DNA of 64,000 nucleotides, from assembly GCA_963820825.1 (NCBI GenBank), contig CAWGBN010000005.1, forward strand, positions 171,566 through 235,565, written 5' to 3'. Of the stretch, positions 1-10,305 are shown in pieces. The position numbers were made by a program, and so were the translations under genes. Each line of letters opens with the position of its first letter. Position 1 is the stretch's first letter. The DNA comes from Vulcanimicrobiota bacterium. GTDB taxonomy: Bacteria > Vulcanimicrobiota > Vulcanimicrobiia > Vulcanimicrobiales > Vulcanimicrobiaceae. The notes below the pieces were generated by a model. It was not told the DNA's origin and did no database searches. It worked only from the letters and a program-made list of their open reading frames with translations.

Positions 1-153
1 GAACTCGTACGCGATGTGACGCTTACCGGCGGCTTCGATCTCCCACACGTTCCCGGAAGCATCCGAACATTCGGCCCCGCCGCCGCATCCAAACAACAGC
101 GCGGCCGCCGCCGCGGGAGCCAAAATCCAACGGTTCCAACGCACGTCGCTCAT
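1..153 (-). CDS. Partial lipoprotein of the beta-propeller-like paralog family (runs off the window edge)
   Basis: Manual translation from ATG at 153: MSDVRWNRWILAPAAAAALLFGCGGGAECSDASGNVWEIE. Lipobox LFGC, family motif ECSDxxGNVW, GGAGG upstream. Confidence 0.6.
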   Translation of the reverse strand, partial: MSDVRWNRWILAPAAAAALLFGCGGGAECSDASGNVWEIEAAGKRHIAYEF

Positions 154-186
154 CGCCCGTATCCTCCGCCCGGTGCGGCTATTATA

Positions 187-1071
187 TCAAATCGGCAGCT
201 CCATGCGCCCCTGTGCGACGTGCACGACGTTTCCGCCGACCTCGATGCCGTCGCGCCCGTTCTCGCCGTGAATCAATACGTGGAGCAGGCTGCGGCGTCC
301 CATCCGCACGCCCTGTTCGCTGATGAAGCGCGTGCCGTCGCTCTTGCTCACCAAGCCGTGCTTCATCATAAAGGCAGCAAGCGGCCCGGTCGCGCCGCCC
401 GTCGCCGGGTCTTCGACGATCCCGAACTGCGGAGCGAACATCCGCGAATACGCGCCGCTCTGCGTCGGGGCGAAAACGAAGATCGAGGTGCTCTCGCGCG
501 ACGGGCGCACCAGATCGGCGTAGACGGTGCCGTCGAGCTGCACCGCGTCGACGTCGGCGCGCTCTTTGACCGCGACGAAGATCAGCGGACTTCCGGCCGA
601 GAGCTGCTCGCACGGCACGCCCGCGACGATCCGGTCGGCGCCGAGCGATAACGCTCGCGCGCAGCGGTCGCGCGAGAACTCCGCGAGCTTGCGAATCGGC
701 GGCGTCGTCAGCCACAGGATCGGATCGTCCCCGGCGTCAACCCGAATCGGCACAAGGCCGACGTTCTCGCTCAGCGCGAACGTCGGAGCGCTCGTTTCGA
801 CGATGCCGAGACGGCGCATGATGAAGGCCGTGCCGATCGTGGGATGACCGGCAAATGGCAGCTCAGCAGCCGGCGTAAAGATCCGCACGCGCATTGCGCC
901 GTCCCGCGACTCCTGCGGGAGGATAAACGTCGTTTCGGAGAGATTGAGCTCCCGCGCGACGCGCTGCATCGTCGCGCTCTCCATCTCGGTCGCGTCGGGA
1001 AAGACCGCGAGCGCGTTGCCCTGCATCGGCGTCGTCGTAAAGACGTCGACGACGTGATATGCAAACTCCAT
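187..1071 (-). CDS. PhzF-family isomerase
   Basis: VDVFT..GNALAV, ELNLSET, RIFTP..ELPFAGHPTIG and EDPATG motifs. Confidence 0.92.
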   Translation of the reverse strand: MEFAYHVVDVFTTTPMQGNALAVFPDATEMESATMQRVARELNLSETTFILPQESRDGAMRVRIFTPAAELPFAGHPTIGTAFIMRRLGIVETSAPTFALSENVGLVPIRVDAGDDPILWLTTPPIRKLAEFSRDRCARALSLGADRIVAGVPCEQLSAGSPLIFVAVKERADVDAVQLDGTVYADLVRPSRESTSIFVFAPTQSGAYSRMFAPQFGIVEDPATGGATGPLAAFMMKHGLVSKSDGTRFISEQGVRMGRRSLLHVLIHGENGRDGIEVGGNVVHVAQGRMELPI

Positions 1072-1124
1072 CAGCTACCCCCTCGCCCTACTCTTCCATA
1101 AGCGGAACCGAATTGCCGCCGCCA

Positions 1125-1532
1125 TTAAGAGATCGAAAGCGCTTTTAGCAGAATGCGCGCGTGGCTTCCACCGCCGTCGCGCCGCTCCACGACGAAATGG
1201 TCGGCGTGCATCGAGATGATGAAGAGCCCGCGCCCGGTCTCGCTGAAGAGATCGTTCGGGAGGCTCGAGCTCACGTGATATCCCGGTCCACGGTCCATCA
1301 CGTGCAGCGTCACGTCGCCGCCCGCCTCCGCGCACTCCACGCGCACCTCGATGATCCCCGGGGCGTGACGCACCGCATTCGACAGAATCTCCGCGTAGAT
1401 GACGTCGAGGCGAACGACTGCATCGTCACGCTCGTGCAGCTCGAGTGCCTTCCGTAGCTCCCCGCGAACTCGACCCGCTACTTCCGAGGTTCGCGGGTCG
1501 AATCTCCAATGACGCCGCATCCTTTCGATCAT
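1125..1532 (-). CDS. Stand-alone HATPase_c ATP-binding protein (RsbW/anti-sigma-factor-like)
   Basis: EILSNAVRHA, VMDRGPG and ETGRGLFII boxes. Start uncertain. Confidence 0.8.
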   Translation of the reverse strand: MIERMRRHWRFDPRTSEVAGRVRGELRKALELHERDDAVVRLDVIYAEILSNAVRHAPGIIEVRVECAEAGGDVTLHVMDRGPGYHVSSSLPNDLFSETGRGLFIISMHADHFVVERRDGGGSHARILLKALSIS

Positions 1533-1571
1533 CCTTCGCAACGGCCGCGCTATTTCTTTTCGCTCTGGGGA

Positions 1572-2747
1572 TTATCGAACGATCGTCGCCACGAACCCGC
1601 AGATTGCGCCCGCGCTCACGAGCACCGGCTCGGGCACTCGTATCTTTGAGAAGAGCACGGCCAGTGCCACCGCCAAAACCGCGAAGCCGAAGAGATCGTG
1701 CAGGGAGCTGCGAGCCAGCAGGTACGAGGTGCCGATGAGAACGCCGACCACCGCCACCGTAATTCCGCGCAAGAAGCCCTGTACGCGGCCGTTCCCGCGA
1801 TAGCGGCGCAGAAGCGGCGTTCCGATCAGCACGAAGAGCAGCGACGGCGTGAAGATGCCCAGCGTGGCTGCCGTCGCGCCGGAGAGTCCGTGATTCAAGA
1901 AACCGACGAACGTCGCCGTGATCACGACGGGGCCCGGCGAGATGATCCCGACGGCGACCGCGTCCAAGAAGGCTTGGTTCGAGAGCCAATGGTACTGGTC
2001 GACGACGTACGCCTTGAGAAACGGCACGATTACCAGACCGCTGCCGAAGACCAGAAAGCCCGTTTTGAAGAAAAACCAGAAGAGCTTCGCCGGCAGAACG
2101 CTTTGATACGCGCCCGACACGGCGGAGGCGAACGCCGGCATAACGGCACGCGACGAACCCGACGACGGCGCCGGTCTCGAGCCATCACCCCCCGATAACG
2201 GCTGATTGAAGAGCACGATGCCGAGCACTCCCGCGGCGATAAAGATCGCCACGAGTTCCTTCCCGACCACGATCGTTACGATGCAGGCAACGAGCGCAAA
2301 ACCGTAGGCAAGCCACTCTCGGCGCAGCGTCTTGCGACCGAGATCCCAGCACGAGCGAATCACGATCGCGATGACCACCGGGCCGACGCCGTAAAAGAGC
2401 GCGCGCAGTTCCCAGGTCGAGCCGAAGCGCACGTAGAGCGCGCCCACCGCGATGACGATGAGAAATGGTGCCGCTGCGAACGTTACGGCGACCGTTAGCG
2501 CGCCGGCCACTCCGTGCAGCACGTAGCCGCAATACATGCCCAGCTTATACGCCAGCGGACCGGGCGAGACGGTCGCAATCGCCAGCCCCTCGTCGTATTC
2601 ACCGGCCGCGATCCAGCGGTAGCGATCGACGAGATCTCGCCGCATGTAATTTGCCAGGGCGACCGGCCCCCCGAAACCGGTCAGCCCCAACCGTAGAAAG
2701 TAGCCGGCGAGCGCGCCGAGCGACGGCGCGTTACGGCTCGAGTTCGT
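1572..2747 (-). CDS. chrA: Chromate efflux transporter (CHR family, long-chain)
   Basis: Two repeats of FGG/FGSG...SPGP. Conserved FLRLG lies upstream of the first canonical start (2690), so the true start is uncertain. Confidence 0.88.
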   Translation of the reverse strand, partial: TNSSRNAPSLGALAGYFLRLGLTGFGGPVALANYMRRDLVDRYRWIAAGEYDEGLAIATVSPGPLAYKLGMYCGYVLHGVAGALTVAVTFAAAPFLIVIAVGALYVRFGSTWELRALFYGVGPVVIAIVIRSCWDLGRKTLRREWLAYGFALVACIVTIVVGKELVAIFIAAGVLGIVLFNQPLSGGDGSRPAPSSGSSRAVMPAFASAVSGAYQSVLPAKLFWFFFKTGFLVFGSGLVIVPFLKAYVVDQYHWLSNQAFLDAVAVGIISPGPVVITATFVGFLNHGLSGATAATLGIFTPSLLFVLIGTPLLRRYRGNGRVQGFLRGITVAVVGVLIGTSYLLARSSLHDLFGFAVLAVALAVLFSKIRVPEPVLVSAGAICGFVATIVR

Positions 2748-3885
2748 GAACGCTGTTGTCGTTACGGTCGGTGTAGTAGAGCACGGTATCGCTATCGTTC
2801 GTGCCTACCGCCTTCACGCCGAAAATCCCGGCCGTCTTGTTCTTATCGACGAGCTTGGTCGCGAGAATCTTCCCCGTCGGCGTCATCTCGACGAGCGTGT
2901 TGCCGCCTTGCGTATTAGCGACGATCAGGTTTCCGTTGGGCAAGAGCGTCATCGCGACGGGCGCGTCGAGCGGCTTGCCGGCGTGTACCAGCTTCGCGCA
3001 CGTGGACTTCGGATACTTGCACTTGAACGTCTTGCCGCCTTTGAGCACGACGATCTCGTCGGTCACGAGCAGCTCGGTCGCGTTCTCGAAGGCCACAACG
3101 GTATTGTCCACGCCGTCGACCGCGTAGAGCGTGCCCTTCTTGTTGGTGTTGAAGACCAGGCCCGACGGCCCCAGCGTGCTCCAACCCGACTTCTTGTTGA
3201 TCGCAAGTCCGCTGATCACTTCGGTCGCCTTACGGTTGCCGTAGTAGTTGACGCTGAAGTCGACGATGCCGCCGTTCTGCGCGTCGCTCACGTACACGGG
3301 TTCGGCCGAGTAGCCGCAATGCGATACGCCGCCCGTGCAGGCCGCATCGACGACCGAAAACGGACCCTGCAGCGGCTTACCCCAGGTCTTTCCGAGCTTT
3401 CCGCTGGGCTTGTACTGCGCTGCGAGGTGGCTCGCGAATCCCGCCGTGTAGTCGTCGTCGCTCGCCGGGCTGAGCGAATCGTCGGCACAACCGCTGCTCT
3501 TCGCGTTTTGCTCGAAGGTGGCCGGTTTCGATCCGGGCTTCGAGTCGAGCGTCTCGACCGAGATGCCTTTACCGGCTGCGCCGGTCTTGTCTTCAAAATC
3601 GCAGACCAAGAGTTGACCCTTCTTCAGGCCGCCGAAGCTCGTAGCGACGACCGAGACACCGCGCGGGCCCTGGTCGCCGTTCTTCGGATCGACCGTCGAT
3701 CCGATCATTACGTTCTTCTTCAATTTCTTCAGAATCGACGTCGTGTCGACGTTGTCGACAATCGACGAATCGTACGTCGAGAGCATCGCGCTCGATCTCG
3801 ACGGCACGGCGCTCGAGTTGCACGCGCTCAGGAAGAGCAGCGAGCCTGCCAGGAGCGACACGATGCTCTTGTTTTGGTATGTCAT
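2731..3885 (-). CDS. Secreted lipoprotein, beta-propeller-like hypothetical protein
   Basis: Lipobox FLSAC and repeated beta-rich blades (LYAVDG, LIVANT, LYYTD). Confidence 0.75.
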   Translation of the reverse strand: MTYQNKSIVSLLAGSLLFLSACNSSAVPSRSSAMLSTYDSSIVDNVDTTSILKKLKKNVMIGSTVDPKNGDQGPRGVSVVATSFGGLKKGQLLVCDFEDKTGAAGKGISVETLDSKPGSKPATFEQNAKSSGCADDSLSPASDDDYTAGFASHLAAQYKPSGKLGKTWGKPLQGPFSVVDAACTGGVSHCGYSAEPVYVSDAQNGGIVDFSVNYYGNRKATEVISGLAINKKSGWSTLGPSGLVFNTNKKGTLYAVDGVDNTVVAFENATELLVTDEIVVLKGGKTFKCKYPKSTCAKLVHAGKPLDAPVAMTLLPNGNLIVANTQGGNTLVEMTPTGKILATKLVDKNKTAGIFGVKAVGTNDSDTVLYYTDRNDNSVHELEP

Positions 3886-3979
3886 GCTGACCTCACGAGT
3901 AGTGTCGGGATGGGTCTGGCCCGCTTTCGCGGGCGTTCTTGTCCAGCCTGCAAGAGCAAGTAACCTACGTTAATTCGTA

Positions 3980-4837
3980 CTAAAACTCGAAGCGAGGCGA
4001 TCGAGCGCCGCTATCTCTGCTTCGTTCAACCTCAGCGCGGCGGCGGCAACGTTCTCTTCGAGATGCGCGAGCGACGACGTGCCGGGAATCGGCACCATCG
4101 CCGGCGAGCGATGCAGCAACCAGGCCAGCCCAACCTGCCAGATCGTCGCGTCGGCGCGCGGCCGCGATCGGCTTCAGCCCTTCGATCGCGTGAAGGTCGC
4201 CGCCGTCGAGCGGGAAGTATGGAATGAAGACGATGCCGTTTTGTTCGCAATACTCGACGATGGATTCGCTTCCGCGATCGCCGACGTTGTAGCTGTTCTG
4301 CACCGAGGCAATCTCGACGATGCACTTGCGCCGCCTGCAGCTGGGCTCAGCGTCACGTTGGAAAGGCCGGCGTAACGGATCTTCCCGTCGTCGCGCAGCG
4401 TCGCGCAGCGCACCGACCTGATCTTCGAACGGAACCGTCGGATCGACCGCGTGCAGCTGATAGAGGTCGATCCACTCGAGGCGCAGCCGCCGCAGGCTTC
4501 CCTCGCACGCCTGCGCTTGCAGATGCGACGGGCGTCCGTCGCGCCCCCAATCGTCCCGGGCCGCCGCGCGTGGATCCGCCCTTCGTCGCGATGACCAGAT
4601 CGTCGGATACGGATAGAGTGCCTGCGCGATCTGCTCTTCGTTGACGTGCGGTCCGTACGCGTCGGCGGTGTCGATGAAGTTTACGCCGAGCTCGACGGCG
4701 CGGCGCAATACGTGCAGTGCGTTCTCGCGATCGCCGGCCATCCCCAGATTCGCTGGTCCGCAGAGGCGCATTGCGCCGAAGCCGAGCCGGTTCACGTGCA
4801 GCTCGTCACCGATGGCGATCGTCGTCGCGTCGTTCAT
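3980..4837 (-). CDS. Aldo/keto reductase (frameshifted)
   Basis: RLGFGAMRL, NFIDTADAYG, IDLYQLH, SVQN; PIPGTSS in another frame. Confidence 0.88.
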   Translation of the reverse strand: MNDATTIAIGDELHVNRLGFGAMRLCGPANLGMAGDRENALHVLRRAVELGVNFIDTADAYGPHVNEEQIAQALYPYPTIWSSRRRADPRAAARDDWGRDGRPSHLQAQACEGSLRRLRLEWIDLYQLHAVDPTVPFEDQVGALRDAARRREDPLRRPFQRDAEPSCRRRKCIVEIASVQNSYNVGDRGSESIVEYCEQNGIVFIPYFPLDGGDLHAIEGLKPIAAARRRDDLAGWAGLVAASLAGDGADSRHVVARASRRERCRRRAEVERSRDSGARSPRFEF

Positions 4838-4859
4838 CGCGCGCTCTTCGGTCGGAGAT

Positions 4860-4890
4860 AAAAAAAGACCGCCCGGCTTGCGCCGGGCGG
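4860..4890 (-). terminator. Rho-independent terminator after the phasin-like gene
   Basis: Minus strand CCGCCCGGC-GCAA-GCCGGGCGG followed by TCTTTTTTT. Confidence 0.85.
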
Positions 4891-4919
4891 CCGCGTGATA
4901 CGGAGCCGTTGAAAGTTAC

Positions 4920-5286
4920 TTACTTCGAGGTTAACGGGCTTGTTCGGCATCGAGGTTCTGGTTGATGTTCTGGTCATCGTCGCGGTCGCGCCTTGAACGT
5001 CGCCTCGGTCTGCTTCTGGGTCTCGACGATCATCTCGGCGATGCGCAGGGTGTAGGCCTTGCGCAGCTCGAGGAGCTGGCTGGCGAAGCCGAACGAGAGC
5101 TCGACGAACTGCGTCGGCGGTCGGCATGTTCTCGAAGGCCGGCATGGTGCCCGGCTTCTCGTTCATCTCGCTGCCGAACTCGCGGAACGAGCTCATCGCC
5201 TTGAGGCTCGCCTCTTGCGTCTGCTTGATCGCGGCGAGACCCTCTTCTTGAAACTTGTTCATGTACTCGAATACGTTGACGGCCAT
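4920..5286 (-). CDS. Small amphipathic helical protein, phasin/lipid-body-protein-like (frameshifted)
   Basis: MAVNVFEYMNKFQEEGLAAIKQTQEASLKAM... continuing FVELSFGFASQLLELRKAYTLRIAEM in another frame. AAGGAG RBS. Lies downstream of phaC. Confidence 0.6.
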
Positions 5287-5322
5287 GATTGAACCTGGTC
5301 TCCTTCAGCGTATTACTTTGTG

Positions 5323-5357
5323 TGCTAAGTATACCAAGCAGATGCTGTGCCTGTCAA
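5323..5357 (-). promoter_or_regulatory. Sigma70 promoter with overlapping palindromic operator candidates
   Basis: TTGACA (5357-5352), 18 bp, TATACT (5333-5328). Near-palindrome TGCTAAGTATACCAAGCA (5323-5340) and AGCA-GA-TGCT (5337-5346). Confidence 0.7.
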
Positions 5358-5410
5358 CCTCGCGGCACCGGGACACACTTGGGCAACGGGGCCGGGCGCC
5401 AGGCGGCTGC

Positions 5411-5784
5411 TTACTCTCTTCCGACGAAGCTCCGGTAGATCCGGATGATCGCTTCCTTTTGGTCGACCGTCAGGCGCGGGTCGAGCTTGACCGCGTGCTC
5501 GACGCCGTGGTGGCTCTCGTCGCGGCCCGGGGAGTCGTCGAGCAGGCCGGCCTGCGCGTACATCGTCTCGGCCGAGATGTGCAGCGCGTTGGCGATGCTC
5601 TTGAGCACGTCGGCCGAGGGCTTGTAGAGCCCGCGCTCGACCTGGCTCAGGTACGGGTTGGAGATCTTCGCGATCTCGGCCAGCTGGCGCATCGAGAGAT
5701 TCGCCAGCTCGCGCTGGCTGCGAATGAAGTCGCCGAGGCTGCGCCAGGCGCCGCGCCGGGCCGGCTCTTGTCGTCGTCGCTCAC
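5411..5784 (-). CDS. XRE-family HTH regulator, Rv0474/MLDSR-like
   Basis: LGDFIRSQRELANLSMRQLAEIAKISNPYLSQVERGLYKPSADVLKSIANAL...DPRLTVDQKEAIIRIYRSF. Confidence 0.85.
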
Positions 5785-7554
5785 TGACTGCGCCTTGACT
5801 TTCGGCGCGAACGGCTCGCCGGCTCTCGTTGCGGACGTACCGCCCGGGCGCCGGTTCGCCCTCCGGCAGTCGGTACGGCTCACGCATCGGCCCGCCGTGC
5901 GCCTCGGCCCACACGGCCCAGTCTTCCCACCACGAGCCTTGATGCCGGTCGGCGCTCTCGAGCCATTCGTCGGCGCGTCTCGCCGCGCTGCGCTGCCGGC
6001 CTTCGTGTAGTGCCAGGTCTTCTTCCCGCCGGGCGGATTGACGATGCCGGCGATGTGCCCGGAGTTGGTCAGCACGTACTTCGACTCGCCGCCGACGTGC
6101 TGCGTCGTCAGATAGGTCGCGCGCCACGGCGCGATGTGATCGTTCTCGGCGCCCAGCACGTAGAGCGGCGCGTGATCTTGCCCGAGGTCGATCGGCGTGT
6201 CGCCGATCGCGAACGCGCCCGGCTTGACGATCGCGTTGTGCAGATAGCAGGCGCGCAGGTACTCCGAGTGCATCTCGACCGGCATCCGCGTCGAATCGTT
6301 GTTCCAGGCGAGAATGTCGAACGCCGGCGGCTGCTTGCCCTTGAACCAGTTGTTGACGACGTAGCTCCAGATCAGATCGCTGCGAGCGCATCCAGTCGAA
6401 GGTCCGCGCCATCTCCGCGCGATTCGAGATAGCCGCGTTCGCGCATCCGCTTCTCGAGCCGCACGATCGTGTCTTCGTCGGTGAAGACGCCGAGATCGCC
6501 GGGAATGCTGAAGTCGATCAGCGTGTTCGTCACCGTCGCGCGACGCGACGCGGTCGCCCTGGCCGTGCGCCGCGAGATAGGCCATCGCGACCAGCGCCAG
6601 CGTTCCGCCCAGGCAGAGCGCCGCGACGTTGACTTGCGGCGCGCCGGTGATTTCCTGCACCGCGTCGATGCGCGGCCAGAACGCCGTCGCGCAGATAGTG
6701 ATCCATCGTGTAGTGCGACATCGCTTCGTCGGGATTGCGGTACGAGATCATGAAGGTCTGGTGGCCGTGCTGCACCGCCCACTCGACGAACGAGCGCCCC
6801 GGCGCCAGATCCATGATGTAGTACTTGTTGATCCACGGCGGGCTGCAGAGCAGCGGAATCGCGTGCACCTGCGGCGTCTGCGGATCGTAGGCGATCAGCT
6901 CGATCAGCTCGTTGCGCATGACGACGCGGCCCGGGCGTCGTGGCGATGTTCTTGCCCAAGCTCGAAGCCCGACTTGTCGACCTGGCGCGGATAGCCGCCG
7001 TTGTTCTGCACGTCGTCGAGGAAGTTTTGCATGCCCGTGCACGCAGGCTCATCCCGCCGGTACTCGGTCGCCTCTTTCACGACGCCCGGATTGAGCCACG
7101 GCACGTTGCTCGGCGCGAACGCGTCGCACATCAGCTGCATCGCGAAGCGCGCCTTGCGCCGCGTCGTCTCCGGCAGACGCGCCGAATCGACCAGCTGCAT
7201 CGCCGCTTGCGTGCGCGCCTGGTAGTCTTCGACGAATCCCGCGAGCATCGGATTGCTGCTCCACTCCGGCTCGGCGAAGCGTTTGTCGCGGCTGCAGCCT
7301 GAGCGCGGCCCAGCGGCGCCGTCGAAGGGCTCCTGCCGCCCAGGCGCCGCAGCATGTTCGAGCCCGACGTTCTGTTCGGCCAGCGCGAAGCCGGTCAGCC
7401 ACGTGCTCATGCGCATCGGATCGATCATCACGTCGGCCATCACCGCGCGCAGCGCGTCGGTCAGCGACGCCGGGTCGAGTCCGGTGACGTCGATGCCGTA
7501 GCTCAGCTCCTCGGGCGGCATCTGCAGGTCAGCGATTCGTTCATCGACGCTCAC
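5781..7554 (-). CDS. phaC: Polyhydroxyalkanoate synthase, class I/II-like (frameshifted)
   Basis: Pieces across frames: DAFAPSN, PPWINKYYIMDL, ISYRNPD, lipase box LCLGG, NDHIAPW, SGHIAGIVNPP, GSWWEDW. Confidence 0.92.
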
Positions 7555-8315
7555 ATGTACCATCCGCCGTTGATATTGTACACCGCGCCGGTGATATAGC
7601 CGGCCTTTTCGTCGAGCAGGAAGCGCACGAGCTGCGCGACCTCTTCGGGCTGCCCGAGCCGCGCTCGCGGCGTCTGCTCGATCGCCGTTTCGATCGCCGC
7701 GCAGCGGCATCGCCTGGGTCATGTCGGTGTCGATGAAGCCCGGCGCGACCGCGTTGACGGTGATGCCGCTTCTTGGCGACCTCGACGCGCCACCGTCTTG
7801 GTGAGGCCGATGCAGGCCCGCTTTGGCGGCGGCGTAGTTCGCCTGGCCGAAGTTGCCGCTCTCGCCCGACCACCGAGCTGATGTTGACGATCCGCCCGAA
7901 ACCCTGCGTCGACCATCGTGTCGAGCACGGCCTTGATCATGAAAAACGGCCCCGAAAGATTGACTTGCAGAACCGCTTCCCACTCTTCGACCGTCATCTT
8001 GCGAACCGTGTGATCGCGGGTGATGCCGGCGTTGTTGACGAGGAAGTCGATGCGCCCGTGCTCGCGCAGCACGTGCCGTCGACGGCCTCCTGACAGCGCT
8101 CGAAGACGCCGACGTTCGTCTCGTAAAAGTGAAGCCGCGACGCAGCGCCGTTGAGATGCGACGCCAGCTTCTCGGTGCGCTCCCGGTCCTCGGGAGGCCG
8201 AGGATGGCGACGGTTGCGCCGTCCTCGGCGAGCAGGCGGCTGATCGCGCCGCCGATGCCCCGGGAGCCGCCCGGTGACGATGCCGACGCGTTCTCTGAAG
8301 AGGTAGACTGTTCAC
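7551..8315 (-). CDS. phaB: Acetoacetyl-CoA reductase, copy 2 (frameshifted)
   Basis: LVNNAGITRD, GNFGQANYAAAKAG, ITVNAVAPGFIDTDM; C-terminal INGGWYM. Confidence 0.8.
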
Positions 8316-8361
8316 GCGCTAGATTTACCCAACGCCGCGGCGCAGACGCCTTCAGCCGTCC

Positions 8362-9104
8362 TCACATATCCAGCCCGCCGTTGATCGTTGAACACCGCGC
8401 CGGTGATATAGCTCGAGTCGTCCTCGAGCAAGAACCGGACGACGCGCGCCACCTCGTCGGGACGCCCCAAGCGGCGCTGCGGAATCTTCTCGACCACTTT
8501 CGTAAGCGCCGCCTCCGGAATCGCCGCGACCATCTCGGTCGCGATAAAGCCGGGGGCGACGCAGTTGACGGTGATGCCGCGCTGCGCCATCTCCAGCGCT
8601 AAGCTCTTACTGAACCCGAAGAGGCCGGCCTTCGAAGCGGCGTAGTTCGCCTGGCCGATGTTGCCGGTCTCGCCGATGACCGAGCTGATGTTGACGATCC
8701 GCCCCGAGCCGCGCTCGATCATGTGCTCGAGCACCGCCTTGCTCATCTGAAACGCGCCCGAAGAGGTTTACTTCGAGCACCTGGCGCCAGTCGTCGACGG
8801 TCATCTTGCGCACCGTCTTGTCGACGGTGATGCCGGCGTTGTTGATCAAGTAGTCCACGCGCCCGAACCGCTCGATCACCTCGTTGAAGACGCGATTGCA
8901 ATCGTCAACGGCGTCGACGCGCCCCTGATGGATCGAGACCTGTGCGCCCTTTTCGCTCATCTGCTTCGCGAACTTCTCGGCGCTCTCGCGGCCGCGATTG
9001 TAGCCGGCCGCAACCGAGGCCCCATTCGCCGCCAAAGTTTCGGTAATGGCGGCACCGATGCCGCGCGTACCGCCCGTAACCAATGCTACTCGACCTTCAA
9101 ACAC
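8362..9104 (-). CDS. phaB: Acetoacetyl-CoA reductase, copy 1 (frameshifted)
   Basis: RVALVTGGTRGIGAAI, NNAGITVD, GNIGQANYAASKAG, VAPGFIATEM. AAGGAGG RBS. Confidence 0.85.
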
Positions 9105-9225
9105 AGCCGGGCCCTCCTTGCGCGTGCGAATTCGCGACCTCACCCCGGCTGTCCCGCGTTCGTGCAACGCTGAGTGCTCGGCTCCGTCAAATGAGTCGGG
9201 GGTGCCGCAGCACCCCCGTAAGTTG

Positions 9226-10194
9226 TTAGTGGAATCCGAGGTAGCACGGCGCGTCGAGCGTCGTGCTCGAGCCGCTGATCTTGCGCATCGGCGTCGCATT
9301 TCCGTTGGCGTTCTTCGCGTATTCCACGATCGCGTTGCCGGAGAAATCCGCGGCCCAGATGCGATCCTTGGCGTCGGCCGCGACGCCGGTCGGATAGAGC
9401 AACCCGGTGATGTGCTGCACCGGCGCAACGTTCCCGCTCGCATTCTTTGCGAAGACGAAGACACCCGCGCTCTCGTCGGCGACCAAGAGACGGCCGTTGG
9501 AATCGAACGCGATCGCGAACGGTTTGATCAAACCCGTATTGCTTCCGCCGATGGTGACGACCGGGGCGGCGTTGCCGCTGGCGCCTTTTGCGAAAGCGAG
9601 CACGTCGCTGCCGCTGCCGTTGGCTACGAAGAGCCGGTCCTGCTTATCCATCGCCATTCCCAGTGGCAGACTCAGCTGCGTCTTGTTGCCGCTGATCGTG
9701 TCGGTCGGTGCGACGTTTCCGTGCGCGCCGGAGGCATACTCCGTCACCGCGTCGCCGATATAGTTGGTCACCCAGAGATTGCCGGAGTGATCGACGAACA
9801 GGCCTTCGGTCGGGCCGAGGTTCGACTTCGAGCCGCCGATGGTTCGCTTCGGCTTGGCGTTGCCGTTGGCGCTCGGTCCGAAGACGACCACCTCAGTGGC
9901 GCCGTCGTTCGCCGCGTAGAGGTTCCCTTTGGAATCGACCGCGAGCGCGTCGGGAGAGTCGAGCGTCGTCTTCGAACCGGCGATCGTCACCGACGGCGAT
10001 GCATTTCCCGTAGCCTTATTCGAGAAGCCCAGGATGCTCGCACCGTCGCGATTGGCCGTGAAGACTTTAACGCCGGCGTCGGGCCGGGAGAGTGCTGATT
10101 GCGACGTCGTGGACGACGTCGGGATTGCGGGATTCATCGCGCCGCCGCATCCTGCCAAGAATAGAGCGATCGCGAACGAGCTAAATACTTTCAC
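9226..10194 (-). CDS. NHL-repeat lipoprotein
   Basis: Lipobox LAGC and about six repeats of GNxAPxxTIxGxxTxLxxPxG/ALAxD. Confidence 0.85.
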   Translation of the reverse strand: MKVFSSFAIALFLAGCGGAMNPAIPTSSTTSQSALSRPDAGVKVFTANRDGASILGFSNKATGNASPSVTIAGSKTTLDSPDALAVDSKGNLYAANDGATEVVVFGPSANGNAKPKRTIGGSKSNLGPTEGLFVDHSGNLWVTNYIGDAVTEYASGAHGNVAPTDTISGNKTQLSLPLGMAMDKQDRLFVANGSGSDVLAFAKGASGNAAPVVTIGGSNTGLIKPFAIAFDSNGRLLVADESAGVFVFAKNASGNVAPVQHITGLLYPTGVAADAKDRIWAADFSGNAIVEYAKNANGNATPMRKISGSSTTLDAPCYLGFH

Positions 10195-10305
10195 TGATTT
10201 CCTCCATATGGAATCGAATCTGTTTCGAGAGGGCAGGTAGGCGGCCTGCCCCCCAAATGCTACACGCGCGCCCGTTCGAAAACGTTTCCGGCCGCGGAGG
10301 CGGCC

